NCBI GenBank assembly: GCA_021613535.1
Contig: CP075492.1
Span: 19,406,001 to 19,470,000, forward strand
DNA: 64,000 nt
Origin: Adineta vaga
Lineage: Eukaryota > Animalia > Rotifera
Direction of reading: 5' to 3'
A model generated the notes under the pieces. That model did not search any database, was not told where the DNA came from, and saw only the letters and a program-made list of their open reading frames with translations. Positions 12,798 through 24,056 of this stretch are shown one piece after another (the first letter of the stretch is position 1; each line of letters starts with the position of its first letter). The translations under genes were made by a program, and so were the position numbers.

Positions 12798-13534
12798 ATT
12801 AAATGTTAGCAAAATTCGTAAAATATCATATTATAATCTCTAAAGTCTTTCTTATATCAATAAACCATCTTGAGGGTGTGAATACTTATAAGGACTAAGA
12901 AGAAATACACTCACATACATCCATCTTAAATGCATCGAAAAAAGGAAGAGGAAGTTGTAGCTTTCCATCTGTTCTTTTATGTACGTCTATATTTTTTCTC
13001 ACATCTGCAAGAAATTGCCACATCAACATCAAGTGATAATAATAAACTGAATTCAGTTATTTCGCTCTAATCAAAGATTTATTACTGATATATATTTACG
13101 AAAGAAATCTAATCATGTATCAAATTTTATTCTTATCTTTAAATTTGATATAATGACATTGAATACGAAATTATTTTCTATCACTCTTATTAACATTCGG
13201 AAATCAAATAAATTTTATTATAATAGACAACGATTGTCTATTTCTTAAGTTCTGTCATAATGTTTATATAGTGTTATGTTAAGCAGAAAATATAAAAACA
13301 TTTCTTTTTATAGGGTGTGGGTGTCCGTCTAGAACACACACCCAAATTTATGGTTAAAATATCACTTCGGAAGTATAGTGATGTGTAAAAGCTCGATAAT
13401 GATTATGTAAGCTAAGTATGTCGGGATGATTTTTAAATTTTAGAACACATTTAGTCGAGGATTCTCAGTTTTGAATCTCTTTTTGTTTAATTTTTAAATG
13501 TACTTTGGAAAATTCTAAAATTTGTAGTGAAAAG

Positions 13535-14013
13535 ATGTCTAAGAGCGACGACAGAAGTCTTGCTATTGTGTATTGTCGACAGGGAAAATTCGACGAAGCG
13601 TTGGGAATGTATGATAAAATCTCTGGATATCAAGCTAAGCTGAAATTTATTCTTCAAATACAACTTGAATCTCTTTCATTCGATCATCCTGATTTTGTTA
13701 GTACGTACAATATATTAGGTATTGTACATTATAGACATAAGAAATAAGTATATAGATACGTTAAGTTGGTTTCTGAAAGCTTTAAAATGTCAGCGGATAA
13801 TATTTCGTCAGAATCATTTGAATATTGCAATATCTTACAATAATTTAGCGCTAATATACGCATATGCACATGATTTCGATAAAGCTATTGCTATAGTTTA
13901 GAAACAAACTTTGGAAATACGTCATAAACTATTACCATAGTAGATCATCCTCTTATTCAGAAGACTTGCGGTAATTTTGTTGCCATCTTTTGTGATCAGA
14001 GAAACTACTACTA
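13535..14013 (+). pseudogene. TPR (kinesin-light-chain-like) protein remnant
   Basis: LAIVYCRQGKFDEALGMY...HPDFVSTYNILGIVHY, continuing in other frames as IAISYNNLALIY with stops and frameshifts. Confidence 0.7.
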
Positions 14014-14082
14014 AGCAAGGATCGAAACGCGTCGTATGATGCTTTGAATCTATTTGATGAAATCTCACCCAAACCCATACCC

Positions 14083-14310
14083 AATTATATCTAAACCAAG
14101 TTTTTCTATTTCTTCTTTAATCAAAAATATTTCATAATCTCGATATCTAAATATTGTTATACAGGTTAATTTATGTAAATTTTTGATTAAATATAATATA
14201 TCTGATTGATTTAAAGAACATTCAAGTTGTTCAAGATTGCTAAATACTTCACAGAATCGTTCTAATTGATCTGAATTATTTTTTGTATTGATAAATACAA
14301 AAAATAGTTT
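14083..14310 (-). pseudogene. Fragment resembling the C-terminus of rotifer F-box/LRR-like proteins
   Basis: Minus strand reads DQLERFCEVFSNLEQLECSLNQSDILYLIKNLHKLTCITI. It runs directly into a GGGTATGGGTTTGGGTGAG arm at 14065-14082. Confidence 0.4.
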
Positions 14311-14447
14311 AAATTGTCAGTAAAACTAATTTTTTTATTAAATATTTGAAAAAAAATCTTTAAATAATCAAATAAATTTTTCTCTGAGTCCGAAAAAAGG
14401 TCAATATATAATTTTACGATAAAAAAACCGCCCAGTCTCGAATGTTA

Positions 14448-17400
14448 TCAAGGTGCTGTATAAGTAATTTTTAGATATGGTAAAGCTTGTCCATATCGAT
14501 AGACAATATATTCATGATATTGAAAACCAGCCCCCTGACCATGAACTGAATGATGATTTTGTGGTGCTGCACTTAGAGAATTATTTGTTTGTACTTGCAC
14601 AGATTCAATACCTAATACAACTTTATTATAAAAAATAACACGACGATTTGTAGTTGGATCGGGTGGTGCATAATTATTCGATTTTCGAGGATCATCAGCA
14701 AAATAGGCACCACGTCCTAAATAAAAAACAACGAAAAGTTTGTTTTTTTTTTCTCAGAAGAATTTTTTAACCTAACCCCAAGCTCCAGTAGGCGAAAAAT
14801 ATCGATCATCAAAACCACGATCAATAATTCCTTGAATAGCTTCACCACTTGTTCCATGAAATAATTCACGTTCTTTTGGATCATTTCCTGGACATTCTTT
14901 TGCGATTGTTCGTTTCATATATTCATATAATGCCTCAATATTAGGATTTTTTATTTGTTCAATTGTAATTACTTTCATTCCTGGAATTTTTTTCATTTCT
15001 GTAACAAGATTTTGATACAATAAAGTGGATAATGGATAAGGAACGAGTAATGCATTACAAGTTGATGGTGGATTTGGAATAAATGAAAATGGTGTACCAA
15101 TTTGTGTCCATCCTCTTGCTTTCATTCTATCAATTCGTTCTGCAACTGTTCCTGATGTATTTGGACCATTTTCACCATCAATTGGACGTAAAACTTGAAA
15201 ATTTTTATTTCGAATATTTTCAACGATTGTTTCTAATTCAATTGGATATGTTCCACCTGTTATATCAACACGCATACCTAAATCTTTTGTATATTCACGT
15301 TCTAATGATAAATTACTAACATCAAAATCAATTCGATCATGTGTTAAGGCAATATGTGGTTCAATTAAATCCATTGTAAACGGTCCGGTCTTCGTTTTTT
15401 CATCAACAATAACAACATACCGCCAATCTTGACGAACTGATCTTGCATGAATTTCATAACTATATAATGTATCAAGAAAAGCTTCAATATCAAAGATTTT
15501 CGATTGAGGTAAATGACAATCGAGATCGGCGGGAACAAGTTCTACGGGTAATCTTGGAACTTGACTTGTTGTCGTGGATGATGATATCCATTGATCTGGA
15601 GGTAAATTTGGTGGTCGTGATCGGTGATTTCCAACAACCCAATCTCGAACAAAACCACCTTCTAATCGACAATGATATTGACATACAGCAATCCAAGCAA
15701 CAACTTCCATACGTGTTTCACGTGTTGCATCAGGACCTTTTAAACTTCTCCATCGATCGACTGATGTTCGTTCAGGATCAGTTATATTACCAATTTTCGC
15801 TTCCATATCACGAAATTTATCACGTATTTGTGGTTTTAATACACGAGGTGAAACACCTGAATTTGGATCTCGAATAACTGCACACAGACGAAGCCAAAAT
15901 AAAAATGATCGAAATTCTTTTTCTACAGCTTGATTTTGTGAATCAAGACCTTCAACATTGACTTCAATTGTTCCATTATTTTTATGCATTTTTGTTCGTA
16001 CTTTTACTTGACATTCGGATTCCCATCGCCATCTTAATGGACCAAACAGATCTCCTGGCATACTTGTTACACTCTTCAAATTTCTTGCTAAAGTATCATT
16101 CGCTTGATCAGATGATAAAGTAAAACTATATGATGTTATTAATTGTTGTCGAATATAAAGTTCAGCATTGAGAATATGACCAGATGGTCCATGAAAAACT
16201 AATTTACCATTATTTATATGTATTTGTATATAAGGAAATTGTTGAATTGCTTGTTGTAATATATTATTATTTTTTAATTTTTGTTCTTCATTTTGATTTA
16301 ATTTTAATTCTCGACTAAATGTATATTCTAACCATGAAGATTCAATTTGTCCAACAAATGATAAAATTGCTGATGAACGTATTGCTGTTAAATATCGAAC
16401 ATCTCGTGCTAAAACTAATGAAGCTGGTAATGCACCTTTATTTCCTGTTCTCAATGTTGATGTACGATCAATAACTGCAATTGAACATGGTTCATCTAAT
16501 GAATCTTGTTGTTGATGAATATTGTATTTAACATATTGTTGAGTTTTACCTTGAAGTAATTTTTGTGATGCATAAACTTTATCAGAAAAACCTTTTAATA
16601 AAGCTTTGACGATATTTTCCCAATTTCCCGATTGAATTTGAGCAAGTTCACGATATTCATCGGATAAAGTAAATGCTTTTTCTAAACTTTTATATCGTCG
16701 TAATGCTGCTTTAATAACATGTGCAATAGGAGTTAAACGTTTACTAGCACAAAATCGATCAGGATTAAATTCTTTTGGTGTAACTGCATCACGAACTGAT
16801 AAGACAGTATTCATTACTTGTAAAAGTGTCATAAAATCACCTTCGGAACGTTTATATTCAGCTGGAATTGATTTTAATATAGATGAAGTATTTAGAACCG
16901 ATAATATTGATGATAAAATAATTAAATCACGACCACAACGATATCGTGTTAATGCAGCATGAACAGCTTTTGACATTGATAAAGATGTAAAATCAGGTAA
17001 TTCTGCAATTGATTTACCTAATGAAGTAAAATATTCATTTGGTGAAGGACCAATAAATTCTAGTCGTTGTAATTGTTTAATTGCATCATCAATAAATTCT
17101 CGTTTTGGTTTATCAGGTAAATATTGAATAAAATCACGTAAGTTTGTTCTTAAACGAGATTTTCGTAAAGAAAATTCAATATTAACTAAATCTGATTGAC
17201 ATATTTGTGGTATTGGATATTCTCGTTGTTCACCTGGTAAATAATCATACAATGCATAATATTCTCCTGGTTGTGTTCGACCGAGTCGACCTAATCGTTG
17301 TTTTGTTGTTGATTTTGCTGATTTAATTTCTTCTAATTGTGTTCGTTCTAAAGCTAAACTATATACAGACATATTAATTAAACCTGTATCAATAACATAT

Positions 17401-20400
17401 TTTAAACATGGAAATGTTAACGATGTTTCAGCAACAGTTGTTGAAAAGAAAACACTTCCTTCTTCGATGAATTTTTGTTGTTCAATTGCTGATTGAGATT
17501 GAATAAGTGGATAAGCAATAATAGCACCTTTAGTAAGTTTTTTTAATAATTGACAATTTTCATGTGTATCTTGTGTTGAACTAACAAAACAAAGAATTTG
17601 ATCATAACGATTTCGTTCACTGTAAAGTTTTTGAACGAGATCAAGAAGATTTTCATTCGGTGTTCGATGAATTTTTACAGGATATAATGTTGATAATGAA
17701 GTTAAATTAAATTCTTTTAAAGAACAACCAGGAATATTTCGAAATAATGTTGGAACTGATTGATCTAATGTTGCAGATGATATAATTAATTTCATTTTTG
17801 TATGTAAAGATGGATTTAATTTTAATAAACGAGCAAATAAAGCCAAACATAAATCAATATTAATTGAACGTTCATGAACTTCATCAATAAAAAATACGAC
17901 CGATTTGTTGACATTTGTACTTTCAGTTATGAAATTTACATCATTTAATAAACGTTCTTTTAATAAACCATCAGTTAAATAAAGAATTTTCGCTTTAACA
18001 TTCTTTTCAGCACCACTTACTGCCCATCCACTTATATCATCATTTACCATAGAATTAACACGTTGTGAAATTAAATTACATGGTAAACGTCGTGGTTGAG
18101 TAACAATTACTTTATCATAACCATCGGCAATTAATAATGCCGTAAGAAGAGTAGATTTACCAGAACCAGTTGCCGTTGAAATGGTAACAATCGTATTTGT
18201 TTGAATATGATTTAAAAGATCAATTGATGAATTAAATAAAGGTAATTGTAAAAGAAAACAATGATAAAAGATCATTAATCTTTGTAATAATGATACAATC
18301 ATATAAAAATGTTTTAATTCATAACCTTTATATTTTTTATCTATTTTAAGAATATTTTTAAGTTTATTAATATGTTTATTAAGAATTGAAATTGATTCTT
18401 TATTTGGTATTGTTTTTGTTGATTTTTCTTGTAATATAATATGTTCATGAATAAATTCTTCAAATGCTTTTATTTTTATTTCTTCAATATCATTTGTAAA
18501 TGTTTCATTTTTTAAATAATCATTTGTTAAATCATTAATATCTTTTTCAAAATCTCGTTTTGGATTTTCAATTGAAATATCTAAGAAATTTTTTAATTCA
18601 TCATGAATATATTTAGAAAATTTCTTTATATCATCATTATAATATTCATTAACTAATTTAACTAATGAATTATAATAAGATTTCCAATAAATCATCTTTT
18701 TTGAATGTATTTGTTGAATTAATCTTAAGAATTTTTGAATTTTTTCATTGATTTTTCTATTATAATATTTTTCTATGGAATTTATTTGTTGAATCAGATT
18801 TTCAATTCTTTGAAAAATCTTTTTTAATGTTTCATGATGAATTTGAAAACCTCGAAGAATAATTTGATTTTCATATTGATCATCTAATTCCATTAATGGT
18901 ACATTATCTTGAAAATAATTTTTTAAAGGAAAATCAATTTTTCTCAATGTATTAAAGATTAATTTAAATTTTGAAAGTATTGATAAATTTGATTTCGGTA
19001 AAGTATATGTTCGTGTTAAAATATTTTGTGATGTTTGTTTAATTAAATTTTCATGTGCATTTTTTGTTTTAATTTCAGTTTGTAAACGATCAATTTCTAT
19101 CATTGTTGATTGTAAAATTTCATTATTATGTTCATTTAAATTTTCTAATTGTTCAGCAAGTTGACTTTCTAAACAATTGATTTTCTCTTGTAATTGTTTA
19201 TTTTCAAATTCTAAAATAAATTTTGCTTTTTCTTCTGTATTATTATCTATTGTATGTATTTGTTTCACTTTGATTTGTTCCGGTGGATCATTTAGTTGAT
19301 CAATAGATTCAATTGTACTTGATATTGAGATATCAATATCCATTGCTTGTGAATCATCATGTAATAAATCATCTAAACTCCAAGTACCCATATTTTGATT
19401 TGAAATATTTGTATTATCATCATCATCATCATCAATTGTTTCATTTTCATCTGGAATTTCTAATTCTATTATATCATTTTCATTCTTTGTTTTAATTGAT
19501 TGTTCTAATCGTTTTGTTGTTAAAGGTATTGGATTTGAATTTTGAATCATTTTAAAATTATCTAAAACTTTAATTGTATCTTGATCATTTGATGTATTTG
19601 AAATTAATTTTGGTATCCAACGAAGAAAACCAATGATTGTTTTATCATTATTACTAAATTGAAATTCATAAAGATTACATTTAATAATTCGATTTTCATG
19701 ATAATTTGTATGAAAATTACAATTTAAATCAAGATAACGTCTTCGATAATTCATTGCTTCATCTAATAAAGTATTTCGTTTTGAATCACATGTAAACCAA
19801 CAATTTAATTTGATTTCAAATTTACTATCATAAACAGTTGGAAATGTTTTTGAATCTAATGATGGTGTATCATTTGTTTTCAATTCATATTTAATAAACA
19901 TCAATTGCCAAACACAATGAATATCAAAATAGCTACACTTGAACCTCGACATCGTATCCATGCTAAACTATCTTGATTAGATGGATTTGGTTCTTGATTT
20001 TTTCCACCACGTAAAAATGTCAATAGATTAACATTATATGTACCTCTATTAGAACTTAAATAAGTTGTTGGATTAAATAATTGATTATTCTTTTCTACAA
20101 CAAAAACAGAAGATAAAATATGATGTTCACTGATTGTAAATTCATCCCATTGTAATCCTTCTACTGGTTTATATTCCCAAATACAATTTGTTGGTTTTCG
20201 ATCATAACAATTTAAAACAGGTTCATTTGGTAAAGACATATTCGGGAGATTTGTATATGAAGTGACGAGAAAATCATTAAAGAAATTTTGAATTGCTCCA
20301 TGGAATCTACCATTTTGAATTGGAGTTTCACCTAATTGATTTCTTGAAAAATAATTTGCTCCTTTACTAATTAAATATTTAACAATATCTAAATTATTAT

Positions 20401-21112
20401 TAAAACAAGCAGCATGTAATGCTGTTGAAGCAAATTTTGGATCAGGATTATAAGTAAGATCTGTTCGATTGTTATCATCACTGATCAAAGTAAATGCCAT
20501 TTCACATTCATTTTGAGCATTTACAGAACAACTAAGTGTTTCAATTAAATGTTTTACTAATGGAAGATTATTACTTTTTGAAGCTGAATATAAGAATGTT
20601 GTACCCCAAAAACCTGGTTTATCTTTATATAATGGAAAACGTTTAAGAAAAGTTTCTACTGTTTTTAAATCTCCTTTCAATGCAGCTGGATAAGCACGTG
20701 CAGCTGATAATAAACCATTTAAATCATGTTTAAATGAATACAGAATATTGAGAGTAAGTCCTTCTGTAAATACTTTTTGATTAGAATCAAAATGATATTG
20801 ATATAAATGTTTTTCAATATAACTTGAACATAATTCTGATAATTGTGGTAAAGAATCTCTTAGAATATTTTGAATATCATTTGTTAATGTATTTAATAAT
20901 TCAGCTTCTTCGTTGTCGATCGTAAATGTATTTACATTATTATTTTGAATTGAATTCTCATGTAATGGATAATTCGTAATATTGTCCGTTGTTGTTGTTG
21001 TTGTTGGACGTATTTGTGGCGGTTCTTTTTTTTGTTGTTTTAAAACTTCATCGATTTTTTGAATGATTGAACTTAAACATTGATTTAATCTTGTTTCATC
21101 AACAGATTCCAT
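14448..21112 (-). CDS. Giant multidomain protein: ankyrin repeats - WWE-like - coiled coil - DEAH-box RNA helicase (HA2) - class II nucleotidyltransferase-like domain - PARP catalytic domain. One frameshift at ~19925 and one intron at ~14774-14718.
   Basis: Ankyrin motif is TALHAACFNNNLDIVKYLISKGAN and the WWE-like motif is IWEYKPVEGLQWDEF. Helicase motifs are TATGSGKST, TQPRR, DEVHER, SSAT, STTVAETSLT and QRLGRLGR. NTase-like motifs are EGGFVRD...DLD...DFDVSNL. PARP motifs are LFHGT / GAYFAD / HEYIVY, with the last exon 14717-14448 found by manual splicing. Confidence 0.85.
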
Positions 21113-21776
21113 TCGTGTAATTCAAATATAATCTTTAGAAAAAAAGACCGGTTGAATATTCAGTGGGTAAAAAGAAATCTGTAACCAGAAAAATAATGTC
21201 ATAAAGCTGTTTCATTTGCTTTCTATTTATTCAAAGGTTATCTTTGGTTTTATGTAAAAATTCCAACTTTTTTTTTCTTCTTTGAAGATATATTCGGTGA
21301 AAGGTAAAAAGAAAGGAAAGTTTTTTATATTTTGATGTTTTTTTCATAATGACGAACAGCTATTGTATATGGAGAGGTAAATAAATGGTATTTATACGAT
21401 TAGAAATGTAAATTTTTTATTGAGAAATATCAACGATTCTTCATAAGCTATAGACATAGCTTATTTTGATACAATATTAATGCTGATAGATATTGTAATG
21501 GATAGAGTTCGCTATGATTTTTAATCAATTATAGTAAATCGATGAATATAGAATATATTTCATCCTCACACACTCACACCCACCCTAATGAAAAAAAAAC
21601 AATAATAAAAGAATATTTCAGTTATTTCTTTGGCTAGAAGTTGGTGATAAGCAAAAGATTTCACCTTTTTATTTGACTTAACAGTTATAAGTTTGGTATA
21701 TACAAGACGGGGTGGGTGAGGATGTGGGTGTGAGGATAAGTGTGGATCTGAATATAACACAGACATCCACACCCTG

Positions 21777-21942
21777 CACCTGTCCATCATTCATGAAAAA
21801 CTATATTTGAAAGCACACCATTGGTATGTCCATTAGATTAAAATATTGCAAACCTTCATCTGAGACAAAAAATGTAGAAATTGGTACGAAAAGAAAAAGA
21901 GGCAGACCATTGAAAGCAAAAAAAGCTTTAATGATTCAATGA
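21777..21942 (+). pseudogene. SWIM zinc-finger / AT-hook C-terminal fragment (MULE-type transposase-like)
   Basis: Reads CTCPSFMKNYI*KHTIGMSIRLK...KRKRGRPLKAKKALMIQ*. The SWIM Cys of CKH is mutated to a stop, and the fragment starts immediately after a CCACACCC arm. Confidence 0.65.
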
Positions 21943-22077
21943 TCAGTTATATATATTCCATTTTTTTCTTTTTTTTCTTGCTTAAATATGAAATTAATAT
22001 TGTCATGTAATAAACTATTTATTGTTCGAAGGTTACTGCTAAACCATGTTTTAATTATTGCTCATTCCAATATTTTC

Positions 22078-22140
22078 ATCTTGAGGGTGTGGGCGTGTAT
22101 ATTTCTGCTATCGAATAACCCGCACCCACACCCTCAAGAT
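22078..22140. repeat. Best-conserved telomere-like quasi-palindrome (16-bp perfect inverted arms, unique spacer)
   Basis: ATCTTGAGGGTGTGGG-cgtgtatatttctgctatcgaataacccgca-CCCACACCCTCAAGAT. Confidence 0.9.
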
Positions 22141-22940
22141 ATTTTTTCGTAAATAACAACTTTTGTATCAATTAGAAATTCACATGTCATAAGTGACATT
22201 TCATCTAAATGTGTATGTCGAATTAGATGGAAAAACTTATGAACGTCCACCATTCGAGGCTAAAATATGAAATTCATATGGTTGAGTATAAACTAAGAGA
22301 TATTTCATTAAAATTTAAAAAAAATACGAAGTATTAAATCACAATCAGGATGAGTGTGAGTCTAAGTATTATATACATCTCACACCCACACCCTTCTTCA
22401 CGAAAATTTTTAAGTGACAGCGGGTATAAAGCGTTGATTTCTTTAACGATTCGTATACTTTCAATTACAGTTTTGTTTTGTCTAATAGGTGAAGTTTTTC
22501 ATAAATATAAAAATGGCCCAAATTTAAGAGTAAAATACAAATTTTTTTAACTTTAAATCCCATTTACTTCATATTTTTTTCGCGTTCATAATTTAATGAA
22601 TCTCTTTCATCGATTCTGCAAATTGGATGAGTTTTCGGACAAAATTCAAAAGAATTGGAAATTGCACGATTTGATAGACCACATGAGATCTTACGTAAGG
22701 AATGTTGATGAGATTTTGAATCAAATATCACACCTATACGCGATTTTCATTCTGCTAGTTATTTATTTGTTAATGGGTATTTTTTTCTCGTTCTTTTCAT
22801 TCAGTATATTTGTTTGCACGGTTTTCTTTCTCTCTTTTTTCTCGATGTATATATAAAACCATGGGGTTACCTGCGTCGTACGGTAAATCCAAATCAGTCG
22901 ATTCATTCATTATCAAGCGATAAAAACAACGAAATTTCAC

Positions 22941-23586
22941 ATGACATTGTCATCATTTAAAGCATTTGTAACGCAACGTGGAGGTAGAAGAAATGGTCCA
23001 TGTGCTATAATACTCATTTTAATGTCATATTTTTGTGCAGTTGTTGGACTAATCTTTGGAATCAATGAGTTACGGCAATTGACTTCATATGTAGAACGTA
23101 ATTGCCAAGTTACATCTGTTGATGTAATTCGTTCTTCAAACAAAAAGGGGTGGAGTCCAGCTTGGAATATTATCGTTCTAGGCGAGGGAAGTGAGCGAAC
23201 AACAGAAGTGAAGGATAGAATGATAATGGACAATGCATTTAATCCAAAAAAGTTGGCCTCACTATTTGCAGAAAAGAAAGAGGTAAGAAGGTTTGATATT
23301 TGTTTCAAATCGTTTTCTTTTTTTTTCCAAAAATCAGATTGATCAAATCTATCCATGTTATCGACATCGTGATCACCCCTCAGCTGGGACGTGGGGTTGG
23401 CAATGGACTAAACCATCAACATTAAAAGCCTGTAGTTATCTATTTGGTTTTCTTATATTACTTATTTTGGGAACTGCACTTATGGTACTTAGAAAAATAT
23501 ATCAACGTCAAACAAACCAGGAGAGAGAAGAGATGGAATTAACAGAGCCTCTCGCCACACCACCGCCACCAACTATAGCATCTTGA
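22941..23586 (+). CDS. Two-transmembrane protein with Cys-containing extracellular loop (2 exons)
   Basis: TM1 is AIILILMSYFCAVVGLIFGI and TM2 is YLFGFLILLILGTALMVL. The intron GTAAGA...CAG at ~23283-23337 joins ORFs 22941 and 23293. The stop codon lies inside a telomere-like arm. Confidence 0.65.
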
Positions 23587-23631
23587 GGGTGTGGGTGTTT
23601 TGTGCAGAGGATATACCCACACCCACACCCT
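23580..23631. repeat. Telomere-like quasi-palindrome
   Basis: ATCTTGAGGGTGTGGGTGT-tttgtgcagaggatata-CCCACACCCACACCCT. Confidence 0.85.
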
Positions 23632-23664
23632 AATTTTTTAAAACTTTCACAAATAAAATATTTA

Positions 23665-24000
23665 ATGTCTTCGTTAGACAATCTAATCTCTGCTTTGAAC
23701 ATAACACAAAAATATTTATTTCAAATCGTTTGTCCATTATTATTATTGATTGGTAATGCCGGTTGCATTTTGAATTTAATTGTATTTTCTCGAAAGAATA
23801 TGCGGAAATATCAGTATTCAATCTATTTTATTGCATTTAATTTGGTCAGTCTTATCTATATTAACGTAGCTTAATTAAATTTAATATTGGAAATATGATA
23901 TAGTATTAGTCCAAGTGCTGCGAATCTGATTATTTGTCGTTTACATGTTTACATAAGTACTGTATTGAATTGTTTAAGTCCATTTTACTTAGTATTGGCT
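23665..24000 (+). pseudogene. Truncated rhodopsin-like (class A) GPCR, TM1-TM3 only
   Basis: Reads LLIGNAGCILNLIVFSRKNMRK...SIYFIAFN...ICRLHVYI...LSPFYLVLA with internal stops. It is cut just before the expected SIDR motif by a TGAGGGTGTGGG arm. Confidence 0.75.
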
Positions 24001-24056
24001 TGAGGGTGTGGGTACTTAGTTAAAGAATAGGACTCACACCCACATCCACACCCTCA
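23999..24056. repeat. Telomere-like quasi-palindrome
   Basis: CTTGAGGGTGTGGGT-acttagttaaagaatagga-CTCACACCCACATCCACACCCTCA. Confidence 0.85.

Noticed and set aside
15083-15877. Antisense ORFs inside the helicase-PARP gene (also those within 35741..37390 and 44940..47228)
   Set aside because: They are antisense or alternative-frame shadows with no independent coding signal.
22078-24056. CRISPR array interpretation of the repeat-spacer-repeat units
   Set aside because: The arms are inverted rather than direct, the units are dispersed kilobases apart, no cas genes are present, and the context is eukaryotic.
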